NCBI GenBank assembly: GCA_038087875.1
Contig: CM075994.1
Location: forward strand, 6,016,001-6,080,000
Direction of reading: 5' to 3'
DNA length: 64,000 nucleotides
From: Malacoraja senta
Lineage: Eukaryota
Translations under genes and position numbers: made by a program
The notes under the pieces: generated by a model
What the model saw: only the letters and a program-made list of their open reading frames with translations
Database searches by the model: none
What the model was told of the DNA's origin: nothing
Shown here: positions 28,368-44,218 of the stretch, piece after piece
Position numbering within the stretch: position 1 is the stretch's first letter
Layout of the letters: each line of letters begins with the position of its first letter

Positions 28368-31300
28368 CAGTGCACAGACAAGAACAATGCCCCCCAAGTC
28401 TATGTAGTTCGCAGCTAGTTTGAGATTGTAGTGTTTAGTCACCTGATGGGTATTGCACGCCTGAATCAACAGGCTCGTGCTTAAATTTATTGTAATAACG
28501 AAGGAAGTAAATGAAACGTCAGCTCTGTCCTACAAGATCGAGACTCTCCTTTAATGACATTTAAATTTAGACGAGACCTAGAGTAAATACAATATGCTTG
28601 TTTTAATGAACGAAGGTTCGTTGCCTGCTTTGCGTAAATCATCCGAGGTGCGGGAAAGATACAGGAACAATTCGAAGCGGTTCCACATTTGTATGTAAGA
28701 TGACTCGATATTTCACTTGCGTACTGTAAAGTGATATTTAATGTCTTCCTGTTAGCGGAACCGTAAACTGTACTTAGTATAGGCTACATTGTTTCCCACT
28801 GCCAGAAATGTTTCTTCCTCTTTATTAACCGATTGAAACATAATATTTGGTTTTGTTCTGCCTGAGCTGATTTATCATTAAATATTTGAGATGAGTATTA
28901 TTGTCAAAAACCTTCCAAAGATTTTTCTCAATTCTGCAAAAAAAGAGGTGTATCAGAACTGTTCGCAAGATGTATCTTCACATTTGAAATATTACTTTAG
29001 TAACAATAGCTTACGTCAGACAGAAAACCGAAGACGGGTTGCTTTCATCTCATCTGCACACATAACATGCATTGCTCAATTAGCTATGGCTTAACAAGGC
29101 GCAAGAATGTGTTGTAGACCACTCCATCATCCAATAGATATTACTAAGTCAGCACTAATAACTATCTCTCGAAAAGGAACACATGAGACTAGAGACTAAA
29201 GATCATCTCTGACCCCTCTCACGCTGGCCATAAATTCTTTGAATCGCTTCCCTCTGGAAGGCGACTCCGCCCAGTCAAAGCTGCCACAGCCAGACATAAA
29301 ACTGTTATTTTTCAAGAGTAGTTGCTCTACTCAATAACCAAAAATCTGTAGCGTCCTTTTGCTCTGCTATTTTATTTAGTTCACATGTTTAATCGGTAAT
29401 GTGTTATTATTAATTATTAATGTTTTATGTGTGATTACTAACTGTCACTGTATGTCATGTTGTCACTTGCGGTCGGAGCACCAAGGCAAATTCCTTGTAT
29501 GTGAATACTTGGCCAATAAACGTATTAATTAATTAATTCATCCATTCATTCATTCTACTCCGGTCCGCTCCATATTCCGCCGTCTCAGTCCACTGATTAG
29601 ATCTTGGATTTCTGGCAACTGACATCAGCCGGCGATGGGAATACCTCTTAGAATCGTTAGTTCCCCCAAATTACTTCCCAAATCAGGTTACCTTCTAATG
29701 TAAACGAAAAATCCAACGTGCAGCTCAGATTTCCTTACCAAAATGTAAGTGCCAGACTATTGGGCATTCTAATCGAATATATGCTTTAAGATTTCTAGCA
29801 CGTGGTGTCAATGTAGATTCTATTCACTCGACTCTCCTTGCACATGTAAAGCAACTGACCCATGTGCATTGGTGCATCTGCCGGTAAAAGCTAATTGTGC
29901 CACGCTGCATTCTTAAATTAAGCGCCATTTTGTCTCAGACTAGTGTCCTGGGATATTTGACAGTTATCTGACATTCGCATGATATATTATCGTTTAACTA
30001 ACAAATGTATTTTCTTCGTTTTTCCTACTGTAAGAACTACTATTGCGTACAGCAAATAAAGGTGATGTTAAAGCTTATTTGCGTTTTGTCACTTGTCTTC
30101 CGTACGTTCAAAATTATTTTAAATGAACGACAAAAATCGCGCTCTGTCACAAATTAGGTAAGTAAAGCAAAATACAGTTTGCAGTATTATATTTTACATT
30201 ATAATGCGATGACTTAATATTTGAGTAATTCTGTAAACGCCAATCAGTTGCGGAAAAGGTTAGTGGCATTCTCACAGCCCTTGTGTTATCTTAATCTGAC
30301 GGGAAGATAAGTGCGGATAAACAAGGACAGGTGACGCATATGACTACAATTAATGGAGACCCAGTTGAAATATCGGAATGTAGTGAGGAAATGTCAGAAA
30401 ACGTTTTGAGCACAGGAATGAACCTATAGAAGTAACATGATGTAAAACATTCCGCTGAATTGCGAAGTGGGATGAGAAATTTCACTAGGCTTTTATACGC
30501 ATTTAATTGCATTTAGTTGTATGCAATAATTTGCTGTCAAAGAACAATATCATCGCCACATATTTCAGGAGAATGACAGGACTCAATTACTGGTGCATCG
30601 TTGTTTTCTATATTTACAAATCCCCGGTATTCAACTTAACAATGACCAACTGTAGTTCCACAACGGACAAAGGACATTTATTGTCACATACAGCAATTGG
30701 TGCAGTGAAATTTGAGTTGCCATTGCAGCACATAAATAAGATAAACACAACACTATAGAATTTAACATTAAACATAAAAAAACATCTCCCCCAGCGGGAT
30801 CAACGTTTCCCACTGTGAGGGGAGGCAATAAAAGTTCAGTCCGCTTCCTCTTGCTCACCCGTGGTCGGATGAATGGAGGACGATGAAACCAATTTATATT
30901 TTTAACGTGTTTCGCACGCTTCTCGTAGTTTACTTACACACATGACTTAGTTCTGGCTTTTGTTTTAGAATTACAGCAAGGAAACAAGCCGTTCGGTCCA
31001 CCGAATCCGCACCAACCAACGATCACACGTACACCAGTTCTATCCTACTGATGAGAGACGCTTTGCACAAGCCAATTAATCTTCAAATCTATACGCCCTT
31101 TGAATGCCGGAGTAAATCCACGCGGTCACAGGGAGGACATGCACACTCCGTACCAACAGCACCCATACTCAGGATCGAACCCGGGTCTCTGGTGCTGGAA
31201 GGCCGCAATTATACCCCTGTACCACGGTTTCTATTTGCACTTTTAGCGTCGCTTAAAGAGTGATCGGAAATTTAGATTGATTATCACTGCTGCTGTTAAA

Positions 31301-34300
31301 TAGATACATTTTTAATTAGGCTGATATAATATTCTGCTGAAATGAAAGATACGTGTTCTACTGATTAGGTTATGTTATTGAACTTGGAACCGGAATAAAC
31401 AAAAACAAAGAGGAATAAAATCTAACAGCAAATAGCTAACTGCGAAACATAACTAATCATAATCTCTGTGCTATGTGATTTCTCACGTGAAATTTTACAA
31501 AGATTCGTTACATTTTTGAATATGATTTTTCATTTTTCCTGCATTGGACAGAGAACGAGAAACTTCGCAGAGATGTCGGTGAGCATTAATTTTAGAAGAG
31601 AATTTGTTATATAATCCTGTTCTGAGATTGGTGTAACACGAAGGTCATGAGCAACACTGAAGGCTGCAATTAAAATCATTTTTCCGTTGCTCCCTGTTGT
31701 AATAATAGCTTCATCATTCAAAGAAGTCTGATTATATTACTTAACAACTATCGATAAATGGGTTACACAAAAAAGAGCCACCAAACATCTTAGATTCCAC
31801 TCATTGTTATTGGTCAACAGAATGATGTAATAATTCTCCGTAAAATATAATTTCCTAATATTGTTTAAAATCTGATATTTACTGGACGGTAATAATTAGC
31901 TCAAAGCTGTTCATGTTGTTGCACTCCAGAAATAGAGAAGACTGTGAACATTTAGCACTGCAAAAGCAACTTCTGAAGTTTCTAGGGGAAGCAACCTGGG
32001 TACTCGTTGACGGAGTCGATATCGTCCAAATTAAGCTCCTTTTGCGATAGCGGTTTGTGGAAATCCTTCAGTACAATGGTTTCTTGGCTTCTACCCCATT
32101 GCTTAGAATGCGGAAGTCAAATGCTGCATTTGAGGTCAGAAGCCTCCAGGTCAGGTTCATTTGCCTGCTGCTGGGTCTATGATTGACTGAGAGACCCGAT
32201 AAGAGCATTCAGTAAAAAAAAAATGCTGGAGGTATTCAGCTGGTCTGCCATCATCTATGGAGGGGAATGGACAGCAAACATTTCGAATCTGGACGCTTTT
32301 CAAAATGGTGAGGGAAAATAGATAGACGGCGCTTCGGCTGATTCTCCTCGCAGCTTCTCTTGTTGGAGATTCAAGATCTGCAGTCTCTTCTGTCCGCCCT
32401 CGTTATTTAGCCATTATCTTCAAGTCACCTGTGGCCTGCGTTTGAGAGACTATTATTCGGGGTCAACAGCGCAGTATGAATCGATTAACACTGAGGGTGT
32501 GTGTTCTCCTGAAACTTTCAACACAATGGGTTATTTTAGGAATATCAATTTAGACATGGAAACATGGAAACATTGAAAACCAATGCAGGAATAGGCCATT
32601 CGGCCATTCGAGCCAGCACCGCCATGGTTGATCATCAAGAATCAGTACCCTGTTCCTGCTTTCCCCCCATATCCCTTGATTCCGTTAGCCATAAGAGTTA
32701 TACAGTATCTAACTCTCTCTTGAACACATCCAATGAATTGGCCTCCACTGCCTTATGTGGCAGAGAATTCGACAGATGCGCAACTCTCTGGCTGAAAAGG
32801 TTTTTCCTCATCTCTGTCCGAAATGGCCTACCCCTTATTCCTAAAATGTGACCCCTAGATCTGGATTCCCCCAACATGGGAAACGTTTTTCCTGCATCTA
32901 CCTTGTCCAATCCCTTAAGAATTTTATATGTTTCTGTAAGATCCCCTGCCGTCCTTCTAAATTCAAGTGAATATATGCCCAGTCGATCATCTGTCAGCCT
33001 CGCCATCCCGGGAATTAACCCAGTGAACCTGCGCTGCCCTCCCTCAAATGCAAGAAAGTCCTTTCTCAAATTAGGAGTCAAAAACTTCACACAATCCTCC
33101 AGGTGTGGCCTCACCAGATCCCTGTACAACTGCAGTAGGACCCCTTTTATCCTATACTCAAATCCTCTCGCTGTGAAGGCCAACATGACATAAGCCTTCG
33201 TCGCTGCCTGCTGGACCTGCATGCTTACTTTCAGTGACTAACGTACAAGGATACCTAGGTCTCGTTGCGCCTCCCCTTTTCCTAATCTGACACCATTCAG
33301 TTAATAATCTGCCTTCCTGTTCTTGCCACCAAAGTGGAGGACCTCACATTTATCGACATTCCACTGCACCTGTTATGCATCTACCCACTCACAAAACCTA
33401 TCCAAGTCACCCGCAGTCTCGTAGCATCCTCCTCGGAGCTCACACTGCCACCCAGCGTTTTGTCATCCGCAACCTGGGAGATGTTACATTTAATTCCTTT
33501 GTCTACATCGTAAATATATATTGTAAATAACTGGGGTCACAGCACCCAGCCTTGCGGCACCCCACTAGTTACTGCCTGCTCTTCTGAAAAGGACCCGTTA
33601 ATTCCTACTCTTTGCTTCCTGTCTGCCAACCACTTCTCTAGGTCCATACCCTCGGCCAATACCATGTGCTCTAATTTTGCACACTGATCTCTTGCGTGGG
33701 ACCTTGTCAAATGCATTTTGAAAGCCCAGATACACCACACCCACTTGCTCTCCCTTATCCATTCTAGTTGTTACATCCTCGAAAAATTCGGCAACATTAG
33801 TCAAGCATGATTTCCCCTTCATAAATCCATGCTGATTTTCACCTATCCTGTTACACCTTTCCAAATGCGCTGCTATTACATCTTTAATAATCGACTCAAG
33901 CATCTTTCCCACTGCCGATGTCAGGCTAACTGGCTATACTTCCCTGTTTTCTCTCCCCCCCCCCCCCTCCCCTTTCTTATAAAGTGGAATTACATTAGCT
34001 ACACATCAGTCCACAGGAACTGCTCCAGAGCCTCAAGAACATTGGGAAATGATTACCAATGCATCCACGATTTCTAGGGCAACCTCCTTGAGTACTCTGA
34101 GATGCAGACCATCAGGCCATGGGGATTTATCTGCCTTCAGTTGTAACCATTTACGCAGCACCATTTCATGAGTGATTTGAATTTCCTTCAGTTCCTCAGT
34201 CACGCTAGATCCTCGATCCCCTATTAGTTCTCTGAGATTTTTTTTGTGTCTTCCTGAGTGAAGACAGTACCATAGTACTTGTTCAACCGGTCTGCCATTT

Positions 34301-37300
34301 TCTTGTGTCCCATTATAAATTCACCTGTTTCTAATTATAAGAGACCTACTTCACTAATCTTCTCCTCTTCACATAGCTAAAGAAGCTTTTACAGTCAGTT
34401 TTTATATTCCCCGCAAACGTTCTTTCATGCTGTATTTTTCCCCTCTTAATTAAACCCCATGCCCTCTGTTGAATTCTAAACTTCACTCAGTCCTCCGGTT
34501 TGCTGCTTCCTCTGGCCAATTTATGTGCCTCTTCCTTGGATTTAACAGTATGCCTATTATCCCTACGGGTGGCCGCCTTCCCTGTTTTATTTTTACGCCA
34601 GACAGGGATGAACAATTGCAGTAATTTATCCATGCGATCTTTAAATCTATTGCCATTGCACATAATTTGCGTGTATGTTACATACATTTATTATCTGTAA
34701 TACAATCTTTACTCTCGACTTTGGAGATTCAGCTTGGAACCAGGCTCTTCGGCCCACCGAGTCCGCGGACTGGGGAGAATCTACAATTTGCAGAAGCCAA
34801 TTCACCGACAAAGCTGTACGTCTATGGAGCGTGCAACAAAATCGGAGCACCTGGACAAACCGCACGCGGTCACAGGGAGAACGTACACATTCCGTAGTCA
34901 GCACACACACTCAGGATCGAACCCGGGTCTTTGGCGCTGTAGGGCGCCAACTCCACCGCTGCGCCACCTCGCCAGGGTTCGTTTTCAAATCCAAATCGCT
35001 GAATTTTCCTTTGTTTCATTTGCAGACTATTTCGCTTTATGGAACTTGGATAGGATGGCGTTCATAAGTAAATGTTGAGTATTGCTGCGGTGGCTGTCCT
35101 TATGGGAGCTCGAAATGTGAGGAAAAGAATGATCCGGTCTTTCAATGCTACTTGATTTTCACAAACACGTTCAATGAAGGATTGAATTCCTGGTAACTTA
35201 CTTTTTCTGAACTTTAGAAGGAACTATGGATTTGGAAAGATGTGCAATATTATCGCATATCATCAAAATACAGATGGTAGAACAAGCTTGCCAATACAGG
35301 TTTGAGCCAACCTTCAGTAGGTTTACCGATGATTATGTTCATTGAATATATGTTTCTAGTTGTGCCGGTATTTACCATTTGCTTCAAGTCCCATATTATA
35401 GTCAGTCGGAGAAATGTCTAAAATTATGTGTTTTCCCTTGCACGTAGGATCAGCGATACTAAAGAAACTATATGGCGATACTGGCGATACTGGCGATACT
35501 GGTGAGTAACAGAACCAATATTTACCATGGACAGTGGCCTTTTGGTTCATATCGCTGAAAATAATCAGTATCCATGTACTGTCCAAATGTATTTTAAACT
35601 TTACTGCATCTTCCAAAACTACTACTTGGCAGCTCCTTCAATATACCCACCACCCTAGGTGAGAAAATGTTACCGCTCAGATTCCAACTTAATCTTTTCC
35701 CATCTGACTTTAACCCCCTGCGTTGAAAATCGCGATTTCCCTTCTCTGCGAAAAGGCTGTGCACGTCATCCTATCTTTGCACTTCAAGCTGTTACACACC
35801 ACTGTGAGATCATCGCCCAGTCACACGCTCTCTGAAGATTGAACTTCTAGTTAGTCAACCTTTCTCAACCTCAACCTAGCTCAGGGCGTTGAATCCTGGA
35901 ACATACTCATAAATTTTCTAGCAGCCTACCGACAGATTTCCTACAGCACTGCGACCAAAACTAAACATAACACTCCAAGTGCAGCCTCACTAACGTCATG
36001 TAAAACTACATCTTAATGTCCTAACTTCTGTACTTATAATTCCTTGATGAAGGCCAACGTGCGAACGACTTCTTCATGCACTCCGGATACTCTCGATGAC
36101 ACTTTCACGGAGGTATGTGCTTGCACTCAGAGCTCGCGCTGCTCGAAATCGCTCGCCATTGCCCTACTGTTCACTGTGAAGATCTCACCCTGGTTTGAAT
36201 TTCCAACAGCATCATGTCATTCTCATCTGAATTAAACTCAATTTTCGATTCCTCGGCCAACTTGCCAAGCTGATCAAGATCCCGCTGTATAATAGTGCTC
36301 CGGGTAGTATTATATACAGGACTGCAGGTAAATAGTTCCTTGCAAAGTAGCTTCGCAGGTGGATCGGGTGGCCAAGCAGGCTTTTAGCACATTGGCCATC
36401 ATCGTTCAGAGAGTTGAGTAGAGACGTTGCGAGGTTATGTTGAAGTTACATAAGAAGGCACTTCCGGTGGCGCTATGGAGGCTTGAGCCCAGCGTCAATT
36501 AGCTCCGCGCTGAAAAATCCGAAAACGGGAGAAAAATCGGGACCTACCTGAGGCGATTGCGAATTGAACGGCTGCCTGCTGCGAGTGACGTCATCAGGCG
36601 CGCGACTTTGCCGGTATGTCGATACAACATACCACCCCCCCCCCCCCCCCCACACACCCAGGGTGACAAAAAAAGCCGGTAAAGCGAGACAACCGACGGA
36701 AGAGGTAGGCCCAACCGAGGTCTCGGCCTCAGGTACAACGATGCTCCAGGAAGACTAATCGAAGAAACCAAAACAAAAAAAATCTGAAATGGAAGAACTT
36801 AAAAACTTTATCTCCAATGAGTATAAAAAATATTCAAACACAGCTGAAAACCTTTGAAGGAAAGCTGAATTTTAAAGAGGAACTTAAAGAGGAACTTAAC
36901 TCTTTTAAGGTAGATTTTAAAGCAGAAATGCTCTCTACCGTTCAGGATATATTGGAAATCTGGAAGAGGTCGAGGGACGACGAGGTCAAAGATCAGATGG
37001 AAGAGGTGGAAGGCAGGATCGCTTTGGTGGAATCGATCCTTAAGGGAGAGATTGACCCTATCCTTCAGACACCGAAGCAACATATTATAGCGATAACTGA
37101 ACTAGAGAAATGTGTGGCGACAAGTGCGGAAACGGTAAATCGACTCCTTACCGAAAATCAACGCCTCTCCGAAATGGTGGCTAAATTAAGTGGAAAGTGT
37201 ATCGACCTGGAGGGGCGTCAAAGACGCCAGAACCTAAGAATTGTAGGTGTGAAAGAAGGAAGTGAGAGGGATATGGGCACTCGGGATTTTGTGGCAGATC

Positions 37301-40300
37301 TACTACAAAAATCCTTAAAGTTGGATCAAAAACCTGTACTTGGTCGAGCACATAGAGCGCAGGGGCGTCGTACACGAGATGATGCCTACCCAAGACAAAT
37401 TATAGTGAAGGTGCAACTTGATCATGAATTTGACGAGATAATGAAGAAAATTGCCCGTACCAGAGACCTCTCTTTTGAAGGAGTGAGGATCAGTATCTAC
37501 AGAGACTACCCGGTGGAGGTCTTCAAGAAAAGAGCGCTGTTTACTGAAACAAAAAGAATACTGAAGAATATAGCGAATTTGAGATATGGCTTGCTTTATC
37601 CCGCAACATTAAGAGTCACCTACATGAGCAAGGAGCAATTTTTTACAGACCTTAAAAAAGCAGTGGAATTCGCCAAAGGTATCGGGAATGTGACCACAGA
37701 CTGAACAATATACATCACTCCTCAGGAGTCAAGGAATAACGGGACCTCGCCAGGTCTAAAAGGATTTTTCAAGTACTTTTAAGAGCTTTAAAGACGTTTG
37801 AAAATTGAAATGGACATTGGAGAAAACCTGGGGTTTTTTGATTCTCGGTTTTTTTTTAAATTTTTAATATCTCTAATTTTTTTTTATTATTCATTCTTCG
37901 CGTTTAGTATAAATTCTAAGAACAATAATATCACAATTATCAATTGTTACTAATCACTATTATTATTTAGTATTTTCATATTTAACCATACATGTAACTA
38001 CTAATACTTATTAAATATCATTATTACTATTAAAATTACTAAATCTATATTATTCATAAATATTTTTACCGTGTATGAATAATAACAATGATTAATAACT
38101 AACAGTTTCTGGTTAACGTAGAAATAGATTACATACATATATTCCATAGGAATATAAGTAAGAGGTAATTTAGCCCATGTATTAATAAGGGTTGATGGTT
38201 TTCCTCTTTATTTTTCAATTAAAAATTAAAAATACATACTTAAAGAAGATATTAATATGGTATTTAGAGAATAATAACGTTGTTAACTTTTACTGTTGTT
38301 TACCTTTTTTGGGTTTTTGAAAAGAAAACAAAAATTTTGCAACTCCCAAAGAAGTTATTTGATTGTTAGAAATATCATCTTTTTTTAAATTTTTTTTTAG
38401 CGCGGAGCTAGGATATTTTTTCTTTTACAAAGGCTACGGAAGTCTTTAGAATTCTAGCCATGCTAGTGTGGCTAACACTAACTACACTAATTGTAGTTGT
38501 AGTTTTTTTTCTTTCACCCTATACTATCTATATCACTTTTTTCACTTTAATTATTGTTATAATTTTAAGTTTGAATGGAATTACAAGGTTAATTCAAGGA
38601 GATGTGTTCGGAAGAGCGATGTATATTATTTAAAATTCATCTATTTGAGGTTCGGGAGCAGGGTCAGGTTTTATGTGTTGTACCTTCTGCTCGGCTATAG
38701 ACCACCCTAGAAACAATATGCAAGATGGTAATATGACAAGAGGGGGTGAGGGAATAACATTTTGTAGTTGGAATGTTAAGGGAATCAATGAACCAATTAA
38801 GAGAGGTAAAGTTTTGGCACATTTAAATTCAATCAAAACAGATATAATATTCCTTCAAGAAACACACCTTAAAAAGGAATCTCAACATAGACTTAAAGCT
38901 AAGTGGATTGCTGAATCGTATCATGCCTCTTTTTCACACAAGTCCAGAGGAGTTGCAATATTAATTCGTAAAGGAATACCTTTTACACATTCATCAACAA
39001 TAGCGGATATAGATGGTAGATATATTATATTAGTTGGAGAGTTAAATGGGATAAAAGTGATTCTTCTTAATGTATATGGACCTAATTTTGATAGTCCTAT
39101 GTTTTTTAATAAAACATTTAATATAATTCCTGAATTTACACAATATAAATTAATAATTGGAGGAGATTTCAATTGTACATTAGTCTCTTATTTAGATAGA
39201 TCATCAAGGCAAAAAAAAGTAAAATCTCAATCTAGTGTATTTTTAAATTCATTTATTAATACCACTAATATTAAGGATGTCTGGAGAATTGAAAACCCAA
39301 CTGGACGGGAATACTCATTTTACTCACCGATACATAAACCATACTCAAGAATAGATTCTTTTTTAGTCGACTCCACGTTTATCCCATTTACTTATAACTC
39401 AAAATACCATAATATTATAATCTCAGACCATGCACCGGTAACATTTATGATTAAATTAAATGGAATGTCCGAGAAACAAACATATTGGAGATTTAACCCA
39501 CAAATATTGAATGAAAGATCATGTCAGGAATATCTTATTAAACAGATGCAAACATTTTTCGAGGCAAATGACAACCCTGACACATCTGTCTCTCTTATTT
39601 GGGAAACATTCAAAGCGTTTGTCCGAGGCGCATTAATTTCTGCCCAAGTATTTTATAACAAAGAGAACCGGATTAAACAACAAACACTGGAAAGGGAAAT
39701 AAAGCAACTAGATATAGAAAATGCGAGAATGCCATCTACGTTAAAACATAACAAAATTGCTGTACTGAAATATAAACTAAACAAAATGTATTCAGAACAA
39801 GTAATAAAACTTTATCAACATACTAAACAATTACATTTTGAGTTTGGAGACAAACCACAAAAACTATTAGCACGTCAGCTACGAAAAATGGAGGGGGAAA
39901 AAATAATTCATAAAATTAGAGCAGATACAGGAGAATTATTAAAATTGCCCAAGGATATAAACGAGAGATTTCTCCAATACTATCATAATCTTTACTCAAC
40001 TAAAACTGTAGTACAACCAGAAGGAATAGCAGATTTTTTACAAAAATGTAATTTAAAAGGTTTAGATTCAAAAGATAGAGAATTACTAGAAGTGGAGATT
40101 ACGATAAAAGATATTGAAGAGTCTATTGGATCTTTAAAAAATGGTAAAGCAGTAGGACCAGATGGTTTAGGCTCGGAATTCTGTTAAAAAAAATATGATT
40201 TGCTTTCTCCACGTTTACAAAAGCTGTATGAACATATTTATACTCAACAGAAACTTCCAGATACCTTAAATGAATCTATAATAACACTTATTCCTAAAGC

Positions 40301-43300
40301 TGATAAGGATCCGGAAGATCCAGGATCATATAGAGCAATTGCACTTTTAAATACAGATCAGAATTACTAACAAAAATTTTAGCGCACAGATTAAGTACAG
40401 TGATGAATAAACTAATACACCCCGGCCAAACAGGTTTTATTCAGAAGCGGTATTCATATTCCAATCTAAGAAGATTATTTAATATAATATATTCAAAGAG
40501 AAATATTAATGAAGATTTAGCAATAATCTCACTCGATGCTGAAAAAGCCTTTGATCAGGTGGAATGGCCCTATTTATTCTCGGTGATGGAAAAATTGCGG
40601 CTGGGCGAGAAATTTTGTGCATGGATAAAACTGTTATATACAAACCCTACGGCTAGAATATTAACAAACCAAAGGTTATCATCTAAATTTAACCTATCTA
40701 GAGGTTGTAGACAAGGATGCCCGTTGTCTCCATTATTATTTGCGCTTGTTATAGAGCCACTCGCAGAAAGAGTCAGGACCCATCCGGAAATATATGGGTA
40801 TAACACAAAGGATACAGTGAATACAATTTCTTTATACGCAGATGATGTATTAATTTACATTACAAAACCAGAAATTAGTATTCCAAATTTATTAAAGCTA
40901 ATAACCCAATTCGCTTCACTCTCAAGATACAGAATAAATTGGAATAAAAGTGAAATTATGCCAATAAGGGAACATAATAAACATATAATACAACAATTTC
41001 CATTTAAAATAGTAAATGAAAAACTTAAATACCTAGGCATTTATGTTACTAAGATATATACATCATTATTTAAAGCAAACTTTCCCCCATTACTGAATAA
41101 ACTACGTACGAATATTCAGTATTGAAAAACACTTCCTATTTCAATGGTTGGCAAAATTAATGCCATAAAAATGATTTTCTTACCGCAAATATTATACCTT
41201 TTTCAAACAATTCCGATATATTTGTTAAAAAACGTTTTTAAAAAGTTAGATTCCATTGTCAGTGACTTTATCTGGGATTATAAGAATCATAGGATAAGCA
41301 AAAAACATCTGTGCAAATCAAAAATAAATGGAGGTTTGGTTTTACCAAACTTTTTGTTTTATTTTTGGGCAGTTAACATTAAAAATATGAATTTTTGGTT
41401 GAAAGAAATAGATCAACAACCAGATTGGTTAAAAATGGAAAAGGAAGATTGCTCACCTTTTGAAATCGGCTCGATACTATTTGCTACTTCTAAATTAAAT
41501 TAAAAAAATTATAGGGAAAATCCTATAATATATAGTACTATGCGAATTTGGAAACAATTAAAAAAGACATTAAAACTAGATAATTTATCACTTTTTCTTC
41601 CAATTGCGAATAACCCTTTGTTTAAGCCCTCATGGTTGGACAAATGTTTCACACAATGGAAAAATTATGGAATTAAAAAGATGGGACAACTTTATAAGGA
41701 AGGCACTTTTCTTTCATTTCAGGAGTTGCAACAGATTTATGGACTTCAGGTAAATGATTTTTTCAGATATCTCCAACTTAGAGATTACGTAAAAGCAAAT
41801 ACTCGAAATTTTAGAATTAGAAATTCAGAAATATTTGACGACTGTTGGAATAAACATCCTAATACCGAAAAACTAATATATTATATATATAATATTTTAT
41901 TAGACAGTGATATTCCATTGACGGACTTACACAGACAAACTTGGGAAAAAGAACTAAATCAAATAATAACGAAAGATACTTGGGAAGAAAGTTTACAACA
42001 CATACATCAATGTTCATTAAATGCCAGACATTCTCTAATACAATTCAAAGTAATACATAGGTTACATTATTCTAAAACAAAATTAAATAAAATCTTCCCA
42101 CATATCTCACCAATATGTGATAAATGTCAACATTTAGAAGCTAACTGATCTCATATGTTTGCAAATTGCATAAAAATTAAAAATTTCTGGGTAAATATTT
42201 TCACAATAATATCTAAAGTGACTAGCATTCAATTGGACCCGGATCCAAAATTGATAATACTTGGAACATTAGAACTAAATCAAACATTTACAACAACTCA
42301 AAGAAACTTTGTTGATTATAGTATAATAACTGGGAAAAAATTAATTCTAAAATTTTGGAAAGGCCCTATAACCCCCACAATTCAAATGTGGATTATAGAA
42401 ATGACGGAGACCTTACACTTGGAAAGAATTAGACTTGTCCTGCTGGACAAACAGGAACTATTCGTCGGAACATGGTCTCCCTTTATTGACTATTTAAAGG
42501 GTCAGAATGGTGCAGCACAGGAACCTGACTAACACCCGTGCCAAGGAATATATGAAAGGTTATACTCTGAAATGTACGAATATATCTCGAATGAAGTTTT
42601 TTATCGTAGTAAATTATTCCATTCTTCTTTATTATCTTTTTTTTTTGTTTGTTTTGTTTTTGTTTTTGTTTTTGTTTTGGTGGTTTTTTGGTTTTTTTCT
42701 TGTTTCTTCTCTTTTTTCTCTTTCTTTCTTTATTTCATCTATATCTTTTTAGTTCTATTCAGTTTTTAAAAAAAAGTTTAAAAAAGTATTGGAGACATTG
42801 TAATAATAATGGACGATATTAGTAATTTAAAAATGTAAGACTGGTATCGATTTTAATATGATATGTATCTACCTCCAATAAAAAATATCTTTAAAAAAAT
42901 GAAGTTACATAAGAAGTTGGAGAAGTCATATTTAGTTTACTGTGTTCAGGTTTTGGCACCGTATAATAAGAAACATGCTGCCAAGCTGGAAAGGGTGTAC
43001 AGACAATTTACGAGGATGTTGCCAGGACTCAATGGTCTAAGCTACAAGAAGAGCAAGTTAGGACTTTATTCCTTGGAGCGCATGGGGTATGATGGTGGTT
43101 TTGTAGAGGTGTAAAAAATCATGCGAAGAATAGATCGAGTAGACATATAATTTCCCCAGAGCAGAAGTATCTCAAACCAGAGGATATAAGTTTAAGATGG
43201 CCGGGGAGATGGAGGGGGTGGCGGTGAATATTATAGGAACCTGAGGGGTGACTATTTCGCACAAAGTATGGTGGGTCTATTGAACGAGCTGCCGGAGGAG

Positions 43301-44168
43301 GTACTTGAGTCAGGTGCCGCCGCAACATTTAAGAAACACGTAGACAGTTACATGGATAGGATAGGTTTAGAGGGATGTGGGCCAAAAGCAAACAGGTGGG
43401 ATGAGTGTAGCTAGGACACGTTCGGTGAGGGCAGTTTAGGACGAACGGCCTGTTTCCACGCTGTACGAATCTATGACTCTCAGACATTCATATTCACATG
43501 CCACGCATGTTGGGCGGCTAATCATTTAAGCAGTTTTGGGAACGTATTATGTTTGAAATGGTCTTTGTATATTAAAATCTTAAGTGACAGCCACAGATCC
43601 GTCACTTAAGTTTGTTAGTTTGTTTATGAATATCTTTTACTTTATTTGTAGACATGTATACGACTGGTGAGTACAACAGCTTTCTTTAATAATTTTCCTG
43701 GGAACCAAATTTATCCCGTCAGCTGTGAACTTGCGTTTCCCCAACACGTGGTACAATTTCAGTAATCGACTAATAGTCGGAATAAAATTGTCATCGGTAT
43801 CGAGAGCCAGAAATGTTATTATGTTTCATAATAGACAATAGACAATAGAGAATAGATGCAGGAGTAGGCCATTCTAATTCTCTCTTGAAAGCATCCATAG
43901 AATCGACCTCCACTGCCTTCTGAGGCAGAGAATTCCACAGATTCACAACTCTCTAGGTGAAAAAGGATTTCCTCAACTCCGTTCTAAATGGCGTACCCCT
44001 TATTCTTAAACGGTGTCCCTTGGTTCTGGATCCACCAAACATCGGGAACATGTTTCCTACCTCTAGCGTGAACAATCCCTGAATTATTTAATTATTTAAT
44101 CAATTATCTATCTATCTATCTATCTCTCGATCTATTGATCTATGTATATATGTATGTATGTATGTATG

Positions 44169-44218
<50 letters not shown>

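Larger units (their letters stand above)
36458..42899 (+). mobile_element. Full-length L1-clade LINE with 17-bp TSD
   Basis: TSD tgaagttacataagaag at 36441-36457 and 42900-42916; GC-rich 5' UTR, ORF1, ORF2, aataaa and A-rich tail. Confidence 0.95.
36310..43480 (+). mobile_element. Old CR1 3' fragment split by the L1 insertion
   Basis: CR1-like sequence is continuous across the 17-bp TSD (36441/42900), reading ...YCVQVLAPY...LERVYRQFTRMLPGL. Confidence 0.75.

Noticed and set aside
35218..35345. Longer exon candidate after actttag
   Set aside because: No frame-compatible strong donor and no recognisable motif
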